Shown: positions 36,575 through 44,548 of the stretch, in pieces
Layout: every line of letters begins with the position of its first letter
How positions within the stretch are numbered: the first letter of the stretch is position 1
Origin: Acidobacteriota bacterium
Lineage (GTDB): Bacteria; Acidobacteriota; Thermoanaerobaculia; Multivoradales; Multivoraceae
NCBI GenBank assembly: GCA_028877275.1
Contig: JAPPFP010000009.1
Span: 354,889-418,888 of the forward strand
Length of the DNA stretch: 64,000 nt
Direction of reading: 5' to 3'
The notes under the pieces: generated by a model
The model's database searches: none
Told to the model about the DNA's origin: nothing
Seen by the model: the letters and a program-made list of their open reading frames with translations, nothing else
Position numbers and translations under genes: made by a program

Positions 36575-37822
36575 CTAGGCGGGGCTCCATTCGCCGCGAG
36601 CGACGGCGGGCACGAACTCGTCGAGACCTTGGGGCGGGTAGTCGACGGCCCGGCCGAGTTCGGCGCTCATGTAGGCGGCCATCAGCAGGCGGGTGACCTC
36701 CAGGCCGTCCTCGAAGGTCTCCCGCGGTCGCTCCCCGCGCCGGAAGCTCGCCACCATGTGCCGATTCTCGGCGTCGTAGCCGTAGGCGGCCGGCTCGTTC
36801 GGAAGCACCGGCATGAGGCCCATCTCGGCGTTCTGCTTCTCGACCAGATCCTCGCCGCTGTACTGCTCGAGGTCACGACTGAAGAAGAGTTCGAGCTCCG
36901 TGTCGAGGCTGTTGGCCCGCATCGAGTACTCCGGCCCCAGCAGCTCCATCGACAGACGCAGGCCGGCGCCGACGTAGCTCCACGAGGTTGTCGCCTCGAC
37001 CACCAGCGGCGTGCCGTTCTCGTCTTCGTACTCCACCATCGCCCGGGCGAAGTCCTCGGCCGGTCGCTGCTCATAGTCGACGGCCTCTCCGTACTCGTCG
37101 CGCAGCTTGCGGGCGTACTCGGGACGCTGCCACTTGAGGCAGTGGATCTGGGCGTGGACGCGCTTCGGGGTCAGGCTGCTGCGCGGCTTGCCGGGTTCGG
37201 TGAGCAGGAAGCGCGCCGCCTCGACCGAGTGGCACATCATGTCGTTCAGCACCCCGCCGCCCTGGAGTTCGCCCTGCCAGAACCAGGCGTTGTGCGGGCC
37301 GGAGTGTTCCTCGGCGGCACGGGCCAGGTACGGGCGGCCGGCTGCCCGGGCGCCGCGCTCCCATGCCAGCTCGCGGCCTCTGACGACCGCCGGGCTGAAC
37401 ACCTGGTTCTCGAGGTAGCCGTCGAGTACGCCGATCTCGTTCGCGAGCTCGACCATTCGCCTCGCTTCGCCCGCGTTGCGGGCAAGCGGCTTCTCGCAGG
37501 CGATGCCGACCAGGCGGCCGCGGCCACTGGCGACGGCCTCGGCGATCTCCTCCATGTTGGCGATCCGGCGGTCGTTGCGGCCGCAGATCCAGATCGCGTC
37601 GATGGCGTCGTCGGCGACCATCGCCGCGATCGACTCGTAGGCCCCGGCGCCGCCGACGTCCAGCTCGGTGGCCAGAGCCGCCGCGGACTCGGCGCTTTCG
37701 CGGTTCGGGCTCCACACCCCCCGTACATCGGCGCCGCGGACGGCGGTCCAGGAACGGATGTGGAAGCGGGTGATGAAGCCGCTGCCGACGAAACCGATGC
37801 CGAGAGTTCGCTGGGCAGGCAC
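36575..37822 (-). CDS. Gfo/Idh/MocA family oxidoreductase
   Basis: N-terminal Rossmann GFVGSGFITRFH and a C-terminal alpha/beta domain. Confidence 0.8.
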   Translation of the reverse strand: MPAQRTLGIGFVGSGFITRFHIRSWTAVRGADVRGVWSPNRESAESAAALATELDVGGAGAYESIAAMVADDAIDAIWICGRNDRRIANMEEIAEAVASGRGRLVGIACEKPLARNAGEARRMVELANEIGVLDGYLENQVFSPAVVRGRELAWERGARAAGRPYLARAAEEHSGPHNAWFWQGELQGGGVLNDMMCHSVEAARFLLTEPGKPRSSLTPKRVHAQIHCLKWQRPEYARKLRDEYGEAVDYEQRPAEDFARAMVEYEDENGTPLVVEATTSWSYVGAGLRLSMELLGPEYSMRANSLDTELELFFSRDLEQYSGEDLVEKQNAEMGLMPVLPNEPAAYGYDAENRHMVASFRRGERPRETFEDGLEVTRLLMAAYMSAELGRAVDYPPQGLDEFVPAVARGEWSPA

Positions 37823-37835
37823 CGCGTGTGCGGCC

Positions 37836-38243
37836 TCAGCTGGCCGCCTCCTTCAGCTCCTTCGCCTTCGCGATCCAGCGTTCCACCATCGGCACCGACG
37901 GCGCGCGGCGGCTCAGCTTCTTCTTCGCGTTGACGGCGCTCACCTTGAGCGCGAGGTTCAGGGGCCGGCGGCGGCTCAGGTCGCGTACGGTGCTGACCCC
38001 CGAGGCGACGAGCAGTTCCGCGAAGTCCCCGCCGACGCCGCGAATGCGCATCAGGTCCGCCCGGTTGACGAACCTCTGGATCTGGCGCTCGGGCAGTCCG
38101 GTGCGTTCCGACAGGAGTCGGCGCTCGCGGCGGTCGCGGCAGGCGGCGAGGAGACCGTCCGTGGTTCGGATTCCGGCCTTCGCCAGCTTGGCGGCAACTG
38201 CGGGACCGACGCCTCCGATCTTCCGGACGCCGTAGGGCATCAA
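37836..38243 (-). CDS. DUF4332-like helix-hairpin-helix protein
   Basis: Two HhH-like G-I-G segments (IGGVGPAVAAKLAKAGI, IRGVGGDFAELLVASGV). Confidence 0.55.
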   Translation of the reverse strand: MMPYGVRKIGGVGPAVAAKLAKAGIRTTDGLLAACRDRRERRLLSERTGLPERQIQRFVNRADLMRIRGVGGDFAELLVASGVSTVRDLSRRRPLNLALKVSAVNAKKKLSRRAPSVPMVERWIAKAKELKEAAS

Positions 38244-38272
38244 CCTACGGAGTGGAAGGGCGTCGTCGTCAC

Positions 38273-39004
38273 TTACTCGCTGCCTTCGAAGGTGAGGTTC
38301 AGACCCTCGACGTCGGCGGTGACTTCGACTTCAAGGATCTGTTCGCCGAGCTTCTCGTGCCAGAACACCAGTTCGTAGGAGCCGGCGGGAAGCGCGTCGA
38401 TGCGGTACTTGCCGTCGCTGCCGGTAGTCGAGTGGAACGAGTGTTCCATGACGAAGACATAGGCGGACATCCAGGGATGGACGTCGCACTTCACCTGAAT
38501 CGGCTTTTCGGGCGCCCTGAAGGACTTGATCCTCGTGCCGCGCGCGGGCTGGCCGATGTTGAACGGGCGGTTCGCCTTGGCCAGGGCGCGGACGTTGTGC
38601 AGAGTCGGGTCGTCGTTGACGATCTCGATGTCCTGTTCCACGCGGACGCCGATGATCCGCGGCGTGTAGAGGCAGCCACGCTGCTCCAGCCGGACGGTTT
38701 CCTCGGGCGTGTCGCCGGCGGCGCCTTCGGGCGCCTCCCGCAGATAGACGAAGACGTTCCGGACCGCGCCGTCGTCGCCGACCAGGCTGTCGCGCGAGAG
38801 GACGCGCTTCCCTTCGTACATCGCGGCGCAGTTCGGGTCGGCGTCCATGCGCAGCGGGTAGCGCTTGAGCGGTTCGCCCTCGTAGGTGACCGTGCCGCTG
38901 ATGCTGAAGTCCGCGGCGGCGGCACTGCCGGAGACCAGGAGAGCCGCGGCCAGCGCCCAGGCGGCGATGGCTGGGCCTGAGCGGCGGGCGCGCAGGTGGA
39001 GCAT
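38273..39004 (-). CDS. Secreted carboxypeptidase-regulatory-like / cupredoxin-like protein with a putative type-1 copper site
   Basis: Signal peptide, then a SGTVTYEGEPL Ig-like block. A C-terminal H ... C-D-V-H-P-W-M arrangement matches the cupredoxin ligand spacing. Confidence 0.55.
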   Translation of the reverse strand: MLHLRARRSGPAIAAWALAAALLVSGSAAAADFSISGTVTYEGEPLKRYPLRMDADPNCAAMYEGKRVLSRDSLVGDDGAVRNVFVYLREAPEGAAGDTPEETVRLEQRGCLYTPRIIGVRVEQDIEIVNDDPTLHNVRALAKANRPFNIGQPARGTRIKSFRAPEKPIQVKCDVHPWMSAYVFVMEHSFHSTTGSDGKYRIDALPAGSYELVFWHEKLGEQILEVEVTADVEGLNLTFEGSE

Positions 39005-39024
39005 CGATCGTCGTTACCCGCTCG

Positions 39025-39618
39025 TCAGCGGGAGTAGAACTCGATGACCAGCGGCACTTCGCACACGATCGGGACTTCGTCCCGAACCGGTGTGCTGCGC
39101 AGGGTCGCCTGATAACCGGTTTCGTCCGTCTCTACGTAGGTAGGGACCGTCACGCCGCGCGGCTCGTTGAAGCAGCGGAGTTTCCGGCTCTTCTCCCGCA
39201 CCTCGACGACATCGCCTTCCTTCACCCCGTAGGACGGGATGTTGACACGCCGCCCGTTGACCAGGATGTGGCCGTGGCCGACGAACTGGCGAGCGGCGAA
39301 CACGCTGGGCGCGAAGGCCCGGTGCACGACCGAGTCGAGACGGGTCTCCAGGAGACCGACCAGATTGTCGCCGGTCACGCCCCTCATCCTCGACGCCCGC
39401 TTGTAGTAGTTGCGGAGCTGGCGCTCGCTGACGTTGTACTGGTAGCGCAGCCGTTGCTTCTCGAGCAACTGCCGCCCGTAGTTGCTCTGGCGTCGCCGTC
39501 GCTTGAGACCGTGCATGCCCGGCGGATGGCCCTTCTTTTCCATGTAGCGCGCGGCCTTGGGCGTCAGTGGTATGCCCAGCTTGCGCGAGAGCTTGACCTT
39601 GGGCCCGTTGAACTTCAC
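39025..39618 (-). CDS. rpsD: 30S ribosomal protein S4 (zinc-ribbon-less form)
   Basis: GTG start with GGAG 9 nt upstream. VKFNGPKVKLSRKLG..., S4-domain blocks QRLRYQYNVSERQLRNYY, LLETRLDSVV, GHILVNGRRVNIPSY. The 657-aa ORF-track ORF is an artefact of the open frame upstream. Confidence 0.9.
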   Translation of the reverse strand: MKFNGPKVKLSRKLGIPLTPKAARYMEKKGHPPGMHGLKRRRRQSNYGRQLLEKQRLRYQYNVSERQLRNYYKRASRMRGVTGDNLVGLLETRLDSVVHRAFAPSVFAARQFVGHGHILVNGRRVNIPSYGVKEGDVVEVREKSRKLRCFNEPRGVTVPTYVETDETGYQATLRSTPVRDEVPIVCEVPLVIEFYSR

Positions 39619-39836
39619 GTGGTGTATCTCCGAGTGTCCTGTGCCGAATGTCTTGGGGGTAATGCGCCGCTTGATCCGCGCGCGGGCCCCGGGCCGATCT
39701 CTTGCCCCGATGGGTCGGTTCGACCGGCGTCGTGGCCCCTGGTCGCCTGGCCGGGGCTGGCTGGCGCCTGCAGCGGACCGCGGATTGTAGCAGCGAGTCG
39801 CCGCCGGCCCAAGCCCTCCTCCGGCCCGGTTTGGTT
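39619..39836 (-). promoter_or_regulatory. rpsD 5' leader / promoter region (about 218 nt)
   Basis: Unusually long untranslated gap between the radical SAM stop and the rpsD start. S4 genes are often autoregulated through a structured leader. Confidence 0.3.
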
Positions 39837-40979
39837 TCAGGGATGTGCTTCCGGAGCGGCGGCTTCGTCGAAGAGACTTCGCTGGTCCGTGCGCCGCCGG
39901 AAAGCCGACGCGGAGGGGCTGCCGAGCCGCCTGCTCCGACCGCCGTCGAGCCCGACGCGGCGGCGCACCGTCTCGAACAGCCTGCCGATCTGCTCGGCGT
40001 ACTCCCCGCCGCCCTTCATGCGGTGGTGGAAGCGGGGGTCGTTCAGGTTGCCGTCGCGCGCTTCCCGAAGCCGGTTCAGCACCCGGTCGCGGCGGTCGGG
40101 GAAGTGGGTCGCGAGCCAGTTGGAGAAGAGCTCCCGCAGGCCGTGGGGCAGGCGCACCAAGATGTAGCCCGCCCGGTTCGCTCCGGCTTCGGCTGCGGCT
40201 TCCAGGATGGCGGGGATCTGGTCGTCGTTCAGACCCGGGATGATTGGTGCGGCCATCACGCCGCAGGGGATGCCGGCGGCGCTCAGTTCTCGCAGTGCGT
40301 CTAACCGCCGCCGTGGCGTCGAGGCCCGCGGTTCCATTCGCGCCGAGAGCGAGGCGGAGACCGACGTGATCGAGAGGTAGACGCCGCAGGCCTGGAATCG
40401 GTTGAGTTCCAGGAGCAGGTCGAGGTCGCGGGTCACGAGGTGGTTCTTCGTGATGATCGCCACCGGGTTGCGGAACTCGGCGAGGATCTCCAGGCAGCGC
40501 CGGGTGATCTGGAGCTTCCGTTCGATCGGCTGGTAGGGATCGGTGACGCCGGAGAGGACGATGACCTGGGGTTTCCAGCGCGGGTTCAGGAGCGCCTTTC
40601 GCAGCAGTTCCGGCGCACGCTCCTTGACGAGGATCCGGCTCTCGAAGTCCAGCCCGGCGGAGAAGCCGAGGAACTCGTGGGTGGGACGGGCGTAGCAGTA
40701 GATGCAGCCGTGCTCGCAGCCGCGGTAGGGGTTCAGGCTGTACTCGAAGCCGATGTCTGGTGAGTCGTTTCGGGACAGGATGGTCTTCGAGTGATCCCGG
40801 AACAACTCGGTAGAAGGCGAAACGCCGCGCTCGGCGACGCTCTCTCCCGGTTCGAAGTCGATGTCGATCCTCTCGAAGCGGTTGCGGGGGTTGGCGGCTG
40901 TGCCGCGGCCGCGTACCGAGCCCGCGGGCGCCCCAGGGGGTTTCGAGCGGCGGTCGGGGAGACGGTCGGGAGTCTTCAC
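39837..40979 (-). CDS. Radical SAM protein, PA0069 family (SplB-like)
   Basis: NRFERIDIDFE..., LNPYRGCEHGCIYCYA (C-x3-C-x2-C). Confidence 0.8.
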   Translation of the reverse strand: MKTPDRLPDRRSKPPGAPAGSVRGRGTAANPRNRFERIDIDFEPGESVAERGVSPSTELFRDHSKTILSRNDSPDIGFEYSLNPYRGCEHGCIYCYARPTHEFLGFSAGLDFESRILVKERAPELLRKALLNPRWKPQVIVLSGVTDPYQPIERKLQITRRCLEILAEFRNPVAIITKNHLVTRDLDLLLELNRFQACGVYLSITSVSASLSARMEPRASTPRRRLDALRELSAAGIPCGVMAAPIIPGLNDDQIPAILEAAAEAGANRAGYILVRLPHGLRELFSNWLATHFPDRRDRVLNRLREARDGNLNDPRFHHRMKGGGEYAEQIGRLFETVRRRVGLDGGRSRRLGSPSASAFRRRTDQRSLFDEAAAPEAHP

Positions 40980-41044
40980 GGGGAAGGCAGCCTAGCATGA
41001 CTTACGCCCTGTTTGCGGTCGGCAAGCCGGCCGACTTGGCGCCG

Positions 41045-43294
41045 TCAAGCCAGAATCAGCCTCGGGCTGCCGGAAGACGCGGGCCTCGCGCGGGCGATGA
41101 CCGAGGCTGCCTGGAGGCCGTTGTTCCGGAGGGCGCGGACCAGACTGTCGGCGCCCTCCGGAGAGACCGCCGCCACCAGTCCGCCGGCCGTCTGGGGATC
41201 GAAGGCCAGCTCCAGGCGTGGTCCCGCGGCGGCCAGGCGCTCGACCTCGACCGGCAGCCGGGTGTTCTGATCGTGGCTCGTGCTGCGCTCGCCGCGGCCC
41301 AGCAGTTCGATCGCGCCGGGAAGCGCGGGCAGGGCGTCGACATAGACCTCGAGGTCCACGCCGCTCGCCTGCGCCATCTCGCCCAGGTGACCGGCGAGGC
41401 CGAAACCGCTCACGTCGGTCGCAGCGGTTACGCCGGCTCGTCTGGCCGCTTCCATCGCGCCACGGTTGCTGGTCTGCATCGAGGCGAGGCAGGCCCGCAG
41501 CCAGCGACCGGGACAGAGCCCCATCCTGTCGGCGGCGAGCAGGACGCCGGAGCCCAGTGGCTTGGTCAGGACCAGGGCGTCGCCGGGCCGGACCCGCCTC
41601 TTGAGCAGCAGGTCATGGCCGTCTTCCGACACGCCCTCGACGTGGAAGCCGACGACCAGTTCAGGCCCGGTGTTCGTGTGGCCGCCGAGGAGCCGGACAC
41701 CTTCCGGCTCAAGCGCCGCGCGGGCGCCTGCGAGGACCTGGGCCAGGAGCTCCTCGGCGGTTGCGCCGGCGGCAGCCTGCGGCAGAGTGACCAGAGCCTG
41801 GGCAAACCGGGGCGTCACCCCGGTGGCGTGGAGATCGGAGCAGGCGTTCACGGCAGCTACGCGGCCCACGAGCCAGGGGTCGTCGGTGAAGGCGGGGAAG
41901 GCGTCCAGAGAAGCCACGATGCGATCCCCGGCCGGCGTCCGGTAGGCCACCGCATCGTCCGGCGTCCGAGTGTCCAGAATGATCTGGTCCGGGAGGATCT
42001 GGTCGCCGGTCTCCGGCCGAGCGTGCAGACCCGCGCGCGCCAGGGCCCTGCCCAGCCGGTCGGGTCCTACTTTCGCCGCGCAACCGCCGCAGTACATGGG
42101 GACCGGCTGAGGCACGTCGTTCACCCCGTGCGTTTCGGGACCTGCCGTCATGACGCCGAACGCGGGCAGCGCCGCGCCGTCCGGAGCGAGGGCCTGGAAG
42201 CGTTCCATGAACCGGCGGTCGATCCGGTCCTTGAGCCGCATGACCCAGCGACCTTCGAAGGCGGCGCCCCACTTGGCGCCGGCGGCCCGGCCGTCGCCGA
42301 GATTGAGCAGAGCCAGGAAGTCGCCCTGCGGCCGGTACCGGAGGAGTCGCTGTCCCGACTGCAGGCGCTCCAGGTTCTCGATCAGGTAGGGCCCCATGCG
42401 CACCGCGTAGACGCCTGCCCGAGGGCGATTCGGCTGGTCGGTCAGGGTCGCGCAGTCGCCGACGGCGAAGATGTGGTCGTGGCCCTCCACCTGCAGAGTG
42501 GGCCGGGTGCGTGCGAAGCCACGATCGCAGAGGGGCAGGTCGGAACCCCGGAAGATCGGCAACGCGGCGGCGCCGGTTACCCAGAAGGTCAGGTCCGAGT
42601 CGAGGCTCTTGCCGTCTTCGAGCCGCACGCCGTGCTCCTCGACGGCGACGACGGCCGTATCGACCAGGGTGCGGAGGTCGCGCTCGCGTGCCGCCGCCTC
42701 GATGCGCCGCGCCAGTGCCGGGTGGTAGCCGGGCAGGATGTGGTGGCCGGCCTCGACGATCGTGACCCGGGGTTCCAGGTCCAGACCGCGCAGCCGGGCG
42801 TCGATGCAGAACGCGAGTTCGATGCCGCCCGCGCCGCTGCCGACGACGACCACGTTCGGCTGCCGGCTGGTCAGGCCCTCGAGACGGCCGGAGATCGCGG
42901 CCGCCAGCCGGTTGATCGGCCGCGTGGGAACCGCGTGCTCGCGCACGCCGGGCAGCTCGAGCCCGGCCACTGTCGACCCAACGTCGAAAGAGGCGACGTC
43001 GAACGGGAGTGGCTCCCGGCCCTCGACCAGAACGCGCCGGTCCGCCGCTTCGACGCCGGTGCAGGGCGCGAGCACCACGCGGACTCCCGCCCGGCGCGCA
43101 AGCGGCACCGCGTCGATCTCCAGTTCATGCCGTTCGTACTGTCCGGCGACGAGTCCGGGCGCCATGCCGGAGTAGACGGCGATGGGCGTGTCGACGACGA
43201 GGGTCGCCTCGATCGCCGGATCCGGGTGCATCATCCAGTGGCGCAGGACCTGGATGTGGGTGTGCCCGGCGCCGACCAGGACAACCTGCGGCAT
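41045..43294 (-). CDS. selD: Fusion protein: FAD/NAD(P)-binding pyridine-nucleotide-disulfide oxidoreductase domain plus selenide, water dikinase (SelD)
   Basis: N-terminus VVLVGAGHTHIQ (FAD Rossmann) and a second GxGxxG (VVVVGSGAGGIE). The C-terminal roughly 350 aa is SelD-like: MYCGGCAAKVGP (Cys-containing glycine-rich N-terminal loop) and TDVSGFGLAGHLGEMA (AIR-synthase-like). Start is coupled to the CaiB stop (TGATG). Confidence 0.8.
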   Translation of the reverse strand: MPQVVLVGAGHTHIQVLRHWMMHPDPAIEATLVVDTPIAVYSGMAPGLVAGQYERHELEIDAVPLARRAGVRVVLAPCTGVEAADRRVLVEGREPLPFDVASFDVGSTVAGLELPGVREHAVPTRPINRLAAAISGRLEGLTSRQPNVVVVGSGAGGIELAFCIDARLRGLDLEPRVTIVEAGHHILPGYHPALARRIEAAARERDLRTLVDTAVVAVEEHGVRLEDGKSLDSDLTFWVTGAAALPIFRGSDLPLCDRGFARTRPTLQVEGHDHIFAVGDCATLTDQPNRPRAGVYAVRMGPYLIENLERLQSGQRLLRYRPQGDFLALLNLGDGRAAGAKWGAAFEGRWVMRLKDRIDRRFMERFQALAPDGAALPAFGVMTAGPETHGVNDVPQPVPMYCGGCAAKVGPDRLGRALARAGLHARPETGDQILPDQIILDTRTPDDAVAYRTPAGDRIVASLDAFPAFTDDPWLVGRVAAVNACSDLHATGVTPRFAQALVTLPQAAAGATAEELLAQVLAGARAALEPEGVRLLGGHTNTGPELVVGFHVEGVSEDGHDLLLKRRVRPGDALVLTKPLGSGVLLAADRMGLCPGRWLRACLASMQTSNRGAMEAARRAGVTAATDVSGFGLAGHLGEMAQASGVDLEVYVDALPALPGAIELLGRGERSTSHDQNTRLPVEVERLAAAGPRLELAFDPQTAGGLVAAVSPEGADSLVRALRNNGLQAASVIARARPASSGSPRLILA

Positions 43295-44514
43295 CAGTTC
43301 GTGTCTGCTGTGTCCGCGGCCCGCACCGCGCCGGACGCTTCGAGACCGGCGATTCGCTCCGAGCCGTAGCCCAACTCCGCGAGCACTTCGCCCGTGTGCT
43401 CGCCTAGACGCGGGGCGGGCCTTCGGATGGCTCCCGGTGTCTGAGAGAAACGCCAGGGCACGCCGGCCATGCGCAGGTTGCCGAGTTGCGGGTGACGGAC
43501 GACCTGGCTCATCGCCATCGCCTCGACCTGCGGGTCGTCGAAGAACTCCTCGGCCGAGCGGACGGCGGCGCAGGGAACGCCGACCGCGACCAGCTCCGCC
43601 TCCAGTTCCCGTGCCGGTCTTCCTGCCACGATCGGGTCGATCTCGGCGCTCAGCGCGGCGGCGTTGCTGACCCGCTGGGGGTTCGTCTCGTAGCGCGGGT
43701 CATTGGCCAGGTCGTCGCGACCGATCGCTTCGCAGAACAGCTTCCAGAACTTGTCCGTGCCGGCGGCGATGAAGATCGGCCCGTCGGCGGCGGCGAACAT
43801 CCGGTAGGGGAAGATGCCGGGAGGCCCGGTGATCTCGGCCTCGAGGGGCTGGAGGTAGGACTGCGCCTGGGCCGTCATGATCGCCTGCAGCAGAGAGGTC
43901 TCGATGTGCTGGCCAACGCCGGTGCGCTCGCGGTGGAGGAGGGCGGCGTTGATCGAGCAGACCGTCAGCACGGCGGCCATGTAGTCGGAGACCGCCACCG
44001 GGCAGATGGCGGCGACGCCGTTCATCAGTTGCTGCAGGTGGGCGGCGCCGGCCATCGACTGCAGCACCGGGTCGTAGCCGGGCCGCTGCGCGTACGGTCC
44101 GCTGCCGCCGAAGGCGCTCGAGGAGGCGTAGATGAGTCCGGGGTTGTGGCGGCTCAGGGTGTCGTAGTCGATGCCGAGTCTGGCGGCGACGCCCGGACGG
44201 AAGTTCTCCATCGCGACGTCGGCATCCCCGGCCAGGTCGTAGATCACCTGCCGGCCCTCCGTCGTCTTCAGGTTGACAGAGATGCCGCGCTTGTTTCGGT
44301 TCCAGGCCTGGAACATCCGGCTTTCGCCCTCGATGAAGGGTCCCCAGTGGCGGGCGTTGTCGCCGCCGGGCGATTCGATCTTCAGGACATCGGCGCCCAT
44401 GTCGCCGAGCAGCATGGCGCCGTAGGAGCCGGCGATGAAGCTCGTGAAGTCGAGGACCCGGATGCCGTCGAGCGGGCCGCCCGAACCGGCCTCGGGCGAA
44501 GGCGTCTCAGACAT
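43294..44514 (-). CDS. CaiB/BaiF family (class III) CoA-transferase
   Basis: GIRVLDFTSFIAGSYGAMLLGDMGADVLKIE N-terminal signature and a catalytic Asp region. Confidence 0.85.
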   Translation of the reverse strand: MSETPSPEAGSGGPLDGIRVLDFTSFIAGSYGAMLLGDMGADVLKIESPGGDNARHWGPFIEGESRMFQAWNRNKRGISVNLKTTEGRQVIYDLAGDADVAMENFRPGVAARLGIDYDTLSRHNPGLIYASSSAFGGSGPYAQRPGYDPVLQSMAGAAHLQQLMNGVAAICPVAVSDYMAAVLTVCSINAALLHRERTGVGQHIETSLLQAIMTAQAQSYLQPLEAEITGPPGIFPYRMFAAADGPIFIAAGTDKFWKLFCEAIGRDDLANDPRYETNPQRVSNAAALSAEIDPIVAGRPARELEAELVAVGVPCAAVRSAEEFFDDPQVEAMAMSQVVRHPQLGNLRMAGVPWRFSQTPGAIRRPAPRLGEHTGEVLAELGYGSERIAGLEASGAVRAADTADTN

Positions 44515-44548
44515 TCGGCGATTGTAGCTCCGCCGAACCTCCCCGCGC

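Noticed and set aside
39619-40998. Upstream two-thirds of the 657-aa minus-strand ORF (39025..40998)
   Set aside because: Only the last 197 codons are S4 (rpsD). The remainder is an open Arg/Pro-rich frame overlapping the real PA0069 radical SAM gene (39837..40979) in another frame. A GTG with an SD at 39618 gives a normal-length S4.
40997-43369. 790-aa plus-strand ORF
   Set aside because: Antisense to the oxidoreductase-SelD fusion. Low-complexity Gly/Arg/Ala composition and no family motifs; the opposite strand has clear SelD and FAD-binding motifs.
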